The notes below the pieces were generated by a model. The model was not told where the DNA came from. It did no database searches and saw nothing but the letters and a program-made list of their open reading frames with translations. A stretch of 53,365 nt of DNA from Candidatus Altiarchaeota archaeon. Lineage in GTDB: Archaea > Altiarchaeota > Altiarchaeia > IMC4 > QMZM01. Position numbers and translations under genes: made by a program. Shown here one piece after another: positions 49,827 through 53,365 of the stretch. The stretch covers positions 1 to 53,365 of the forward strand of contig JAUWTD010000002.1 in assembly GCA_030609775.1 (NCBI GenBank), given 5' to 3'. How positions within the stretch are numbered: position 1 is the stretch's first letter; each line of letters begins with the position of its first letter.

Positions 49827-50591
49827 CTAGTTCTTACAGTTCTCTGAAAAAGATCTCATATCCTCAATTGAGGTGAACGCACCCAACCGATTCTGTCCGT
49901 TTGAAACGCAGGCGAACTGAGGAATGATGCCGTCAATATCAAGGACTTGGGTGAGACACTCATCAGCAAAAGACATATCCTCTCCTTTATCAACATCAAC
50001 CACATGAAAAACAAAACCCTCCGCCTTAAGCTGCTTTATCCACGGAAGCATATCACTACAGGGAGCGCACTCGTCTTGAGTATAAAAAAACACTGCATCA
50101 TCAGAAATATTATGTTTACTTAAACACTCAACCGCAGAAGAAACCGATAGGAGTTCATCCTGGAGAACACATGACTCTTCAAGTTTTGCAAATTCACAAA
50201 GCAAAGAGAGAATATTTAATTCAGAGTTAGCCAGACCCAACGTGGACTTATTCCCTGCAACAACAAAGACACTAGGTCTAGTCACACTATCGGATTCAAC
50301 AGATTTCACATAAATCTCCAGCTTAGATGAAATATCCTCTAACATTTCTGGATTACAGTCTACACAATCCAGAGGCATCAAATAATATACTACAACCTCA
50401 CTTGATTTGTTTTCACATCCATTATCAGAGAAACCTGAATAAATTAAAAAACAACCTAAAACAACAACCAAAACCCAAGCCAAAGGAAAAGACCTACATT
50501 TGCAGGAATCAACACCATTGCCTGCAGCATTCTTTGACTCACCGGACCCGATTTCACTGGATTCTGATTTACCTATATCTACGTCACTCAT
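49827..50591 (-). CDS. Membrane-anchored protein with two thioredoxin/glutaredoxin-like CxxC modules
   Basis: One TM helix (FPLAWVLVVVLGCFLIYSGF), then VVVYYLMPLDCVDCNP and AVFFYTQDECAPCSDMLPWIKQLKAEGFVFHVVDVD. Confidence 0.5.
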   Translation of the reverse strand: MSDVDIGKSESSEIGSGESKNAAGNGVDSCKCRSFPLAWVLVVVLGCFLIYSGFSDNGCENKSSEVVVYYLMPLDCVDCNPEMLEDISSKLEIYVKSVESDSVTRPSVFVVAGNKSTLGLANSELNILSLLCEFAKLEESCVLQDELLSVSSAVECLSKHNISDDAVFFYTQDECAPCSDMLPWIKQLKAEGFVFHVVDVDKGEDMSFADECLTQVLDIDGIIPQFACVSNGQNRLGAFTSIEDMRSFSENCKN

Positions 50592-50682
50592 TCTAAAATA
50601 ACATATAAGCGTCTACCTTAATATACCCGTTATTTATTCCTCCAAAACAAAAATAAAGTAAGTATATCCTATTATATCATAT

Positions 50683-50769
50683 GCCGAGGTGGCAGAGCCT
50701 GGACCAACGCGCGAGCCTGGAAAGCTCGTCTCCCCTGCGGAGACTTGGGTTCGAATCCCAACCTCGGCG
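50683..50769 (+). tRNA. tRNA-Ser (anticodon GGA), long variable arm
   Basis: Acceptor GCCGAGG/CCUCGGC, anticodon arm CGAGC-CUGGAAA-GCUCG, a long extra arm (UCUCCCCUGCGGAGAC), and T arm UGGGUUCGAAUCCCA. Confidence 0.9.
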
Positions 50770-51084
50770 TCAATCTTTTCTTTTAAAAAAAGAAAACCTT
50801 GACCAAAAGAAAGGAAACTTGCTCTGGTAAGTTTCAATAAGTATTATTAGTGAAATTAAATGAACTATAAGATACACAACTAATTGAAGCTGTATCAAAT
50901 GAAATATACCCTCTAACTGTTAACTTCTTAAATTCCTGAATTAAAGGACGAAACCAAAATATTTTAAACAAGAACAATCTGTATCTTTTTTTAAGAGGCA
51001 CTTGAGTAGGGATAGATTATTGTATACCAAATTTTTTATATTTACATCATGGTGAAGTAAAAACTCTATTTATGTTACACGACC

Positions 51085-51522
51085 ATGGAAACATTTATAA
51101 ATGAATTCCTATTTTGGTGGGAAAACCCCTAAGAGATAGAGAAATTTATCGGCACACAACGAACCGCCTTACCTCAGCTGATAAATGAACTTAAAATCCC
51201 CCACATCAAAGACATAATAAGGGGTTAGAAGATGCGGAAAAACTGTTTTAATGTATCAAATAATATCCAAACTGATGGAAACAGGCACCAAACCTAAAAA
51301 CATACTTTACCTAAATTTTGATGACCCCGGATTAACAAACCTTGAAGAACATCCAGATTTTTTTTTGGGATGGAATTCAAAACGTTGAGGGGTGGGAGAG
51401 AATACTAAGAAATATTTGTTCCCGGTTCTTCTGCATCCCTCATATCAAGAGATGTTGGAAAATACTTAATATCTGTGTTGAAACTAGTTTTAAACTCTAA
51501 GTTATATGGTGTTTCATCGTAA
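51085..51522 (+). pseudogene. Decayed COG1373/DUF4143-type AAA ATPase
   Basis: Fragments occur in three frames. The first set reads ..REIYRHTTNRL.. and ..IKDIIR. After a frameshift comes GVRRCGKTVLMYQIISKLMETGTKPKNILYLNFDDPGL (Walker A). After an internal deletion come DGIQNVEGWERILRN (the DEIQ..W box) and GSSASLISRDVGKYL. Several stops and frameshifts are present. Confidence 0.6.
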
Positions 51523-51534
51523 GGGATTACTATA

Positions 51535-53365
51535 ATGGATTTTCGAACACATAATATCCCTAAAAATTTTGTTTGGGAGATTACACGCGGCTGCAATCTC
51601 CATTGCAGACATTGCGGATCAAATTCAGGAGACCCGGCTACGGTCGAACTCACAACAGAGGAGGCGAAAAATCTCATAGACCAGATAACTGATATGGGCT
51701 TTGTATTCCTGACGATTACCGGAGGAGAACCCCTAACACGAAACGATATATTCGAGCTTATCAGTTACGCCTCCAAGAGAGGTATCTGTGTAACCTTATG
51801 CACTAACGGGTCACTTATCGACCAGAAAACCGCTGAAGAATTAGTTGAAGCGGGTCTGAAATGCGCATCCCTCAGCTTGGACGGCTGCAAGGAATTCCAT
51901 GACCTAAATAGATGCAACACATATGAGCAGGTAATTTCTGCAATTGATTATCTAAATAATGGAAAAATTACTGTTTTTGCCTCGATGATGATATCCAACG
52001 AAAACATAGAGATGCTTGAACAGGTTCACCGAATTGCGTCTAACCACGGCGTTGAGCGACTAAACATACATGCTCCCCAGGACTATGGAAGAGCAAAAGA
52101 TAATGAAATTACTTTAGATAAGGATAAACTCATAGATGTTATTTTGTTTGCAAACCAGAGGGAAGATTCTGAAACCAAGATATTTCTTGATGACGGATTC
52201 GGTGTCTACAACAATAGGTTCGGATGCGATGCAGGCCGTTCTTCCATGTTTGTTTCAGCTGAAGGTTTTATCCGGCCGTGCATTTCTTTTCCACAAAATT
52301 TCGGGAACATAAAAACAGAAAAATTAGCCGACGCCTGGAAAAGCCAAGGATTTGCTGCATTCAGAAAATTTGATCACTCACAACTCAAAGAACCCTGCAC
52401 AAGCTGCCCTCTTATAGAATCATGTCAAGGCGGATGCAGAGCAAAGGTTTTTTTAAAGACCGGAGACTTCTTTGCAGGGGATGCGGATTGCATCCACATA
52501 AAAGAGACTGCCCCCCAGCTTTTCGATAAAGCCGCAGCAGCCTCAGCTATTATCACCTCAGGCCTTATTTTAATGACCTCCGGATGCATAGACCAACCCG
52601 ACATTGAACCACTAAAAGATATTAATGGCTCAATTATCCAGATAAAAAACATGGAATTTTTTGTCGACGAAAAAATATCCGGGTGTGAAACATTCTATAA
52701 AGCAAACATAACCCTTGAAACAAACGGTTCAGTAGACCTAGATAAAATAAACCTATATTACGGCGGATTCCCCCTTGATTTTGATGTATCATCCTCCACG
52801 TTCACTAAAAAAGGTGACACCCTTTTTTATGAATACCAGATCGACTACATATTCGATAGCAGAATCCATAATTACTTTGATTATACCTACCTTGAAACCG
52901 AACGCATAAATTACAAAAACACTTTTTACTATGGTTACACTGAATCGGATTTATTTTTTTCTGATGTAGGTGATTCCAATGCAAGGCTTTGGGCTATACT
53001 CCCGCTAAAAACAGGGTTCCCTGCAAACATTTATGTGCAATCAGATGAAACACCTAATGTACGGAATCTAGAGATTAACATAAATGATGGAAACATAAAA
53101 ATAAAACGAATATCAAAAATAATCGGCGAAGAAAAAATTTATCTGATCACCACAGACAATCTTAATGTAGACCTATCTGAACGAATCGAAGTCGACATAT
53201 ATCTTGGAAAACATCACCTGAAAAAGATGCTTTCACACATAGATTCAAAAGATTTTTATATAGACGCCCCTCTTCCAAGTGTATGTCCTATGATGATTAT
53301 GCCTAGTCCCTCTATAAAATCCATACAATATATTGGAACAGAGACCGCAGTGATAAACCCCGAGC
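51535..53365 (+). CDS. Radical SAM / SPASM-domain protein fused to a TM (lipobox-like) segment and a large C-terminal domain; 3' end outside the window
   Basis: Not in the ORF track because it has no stop. I translated the frame by hand without a stop from ATG 51535 through about 52,680 and read the remainder to position 53365 less carefully. Motifs: GCNLHCRHCG (CxxxCxxC), TITGGEPL, and SPASM-like cysteines CDAGRSSMFVSAEGFIRPC...CTSCPLIESCQGGCRA...DADC. These are followed by AAAASAIITSGLILMTSGC and at least 260 aa of N/Y/D-rich sequence. Confidence 0.85.
   Translation, partial: MDFRTHNIPKNFVWEITRGCNLHCRHCGSNSGDPATVELTTEEAKNLIDQITDMGFVFLTITGGEPLTRNDIFELISYASKRGICVTLCTNGSLIDQKTAEELVEAGLKCASLSLDGCKEFHDLNRCNTYEQVISAIDYLNNGKITVFASMMISNENIEMLEQVHRIASNHGVERLNIHAPQDYGRAKDNEITLDKDKLIDVILFANQREDSETKIFLDDGFGVYNNRFGCDAGRSSMFVSAEGFIRPCISFPQNFGNIKTEKLADAWKSQGFAAFRKFDHSQLKEPCTSCPLIESCQGGCRAKVFLKTGDFFAGDADCIHIKETAPQLFDKAAAASAIITSGLILMTSGCIDQPDIEPLKDINGSIIQIKNMEFFVDEKISGCETFYKANITLETNGSVDLDKINLYYGGFPLDFDVSSSTFTKKGDTLFYEYQIDYIFDSRIHNYFDYTYLETERINYKNTFYYGYTESDLFFSDVGDSNARLWAILPLKTGFPANIYVQSDETPNVRNLEININDGNIKIKRISKIIGEEKIYLITTDNLNVDLSERIEVDIYLGKHHLKKMLSHIDSKDFYIDAPLPSVCPMMIMPSPSIKSIQYIGTETAVINPE

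Noticed and set aside
50634-50837. A 67-aa minus-strand ORF.
   Set aside because: It overlaps tRNA-Ser(GGA) at 50683-50769.
51405-51677. A 90-aa minus-strand ORF.
   Set aside because: It spans the junction of the ATPase pseudogene and the first 140 nt of the radical SAM gene, whose CxxxCxxC motif is encoded on the opposite strand.

Overview
This is an AT-rich archaeal chromosomal segment. The archaeal markers are TFB, thermosome, ribosomal protein S8e, a class III signal-peptide pilin-like protein, CDP-archaeol synthase, beta-RFAP synthase (methanopterin pathway) and a 16S-tRNAAla(UGC)-23S operon with no 5S that I could recognise.

Most of the window is housekeeping: hisS, leuS, thi4, ilvD, a leuA/cimA-type synthase, lysC, asd, an aminotransferase, trkA, a Na+/Ca2+ exchanger, Hsp20, and tRNA-Arg and tRNA-Ser.

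The regions that do not look ordinary are listed here.
1. An accessory stretch at about 17.9-29.4 kb. It holds a three-gene ORFan operon whose 930-aa first gene changes codon usage abruptly at about 20,140. It also holds a KaiC-like/Roadblock/membrane/FIST operon and a FIST - GGR - GGR - FIST cluster with an AT3-rich core.
2. An 862-bp two-gene cassette next to tfb. It is bracketed by MITE-like repeat modules and a duplicated 9-mer.
3. A radical SAM/SPASM gene fused to a transmembrane or lipobox-like segment and a large C-terminal domain. It runs off the window end and sits next to tRNA-Ser and a decayed ATPase pseudogene.
4. A strong strand compositional asymmetry across the whole window, locally reversed at about 20.1-23.1 kb.
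5. Several small genes missing from the ORF track: an AbrB/SpoVT-like protein, a DUF104-like protein and a 30-aa highly basic peptide.

All calls were made by eye from motifs. No searches or computations were run. RNA ends are good to about +/-10 nt, and family assignments for the less conserved proteins are tentative.
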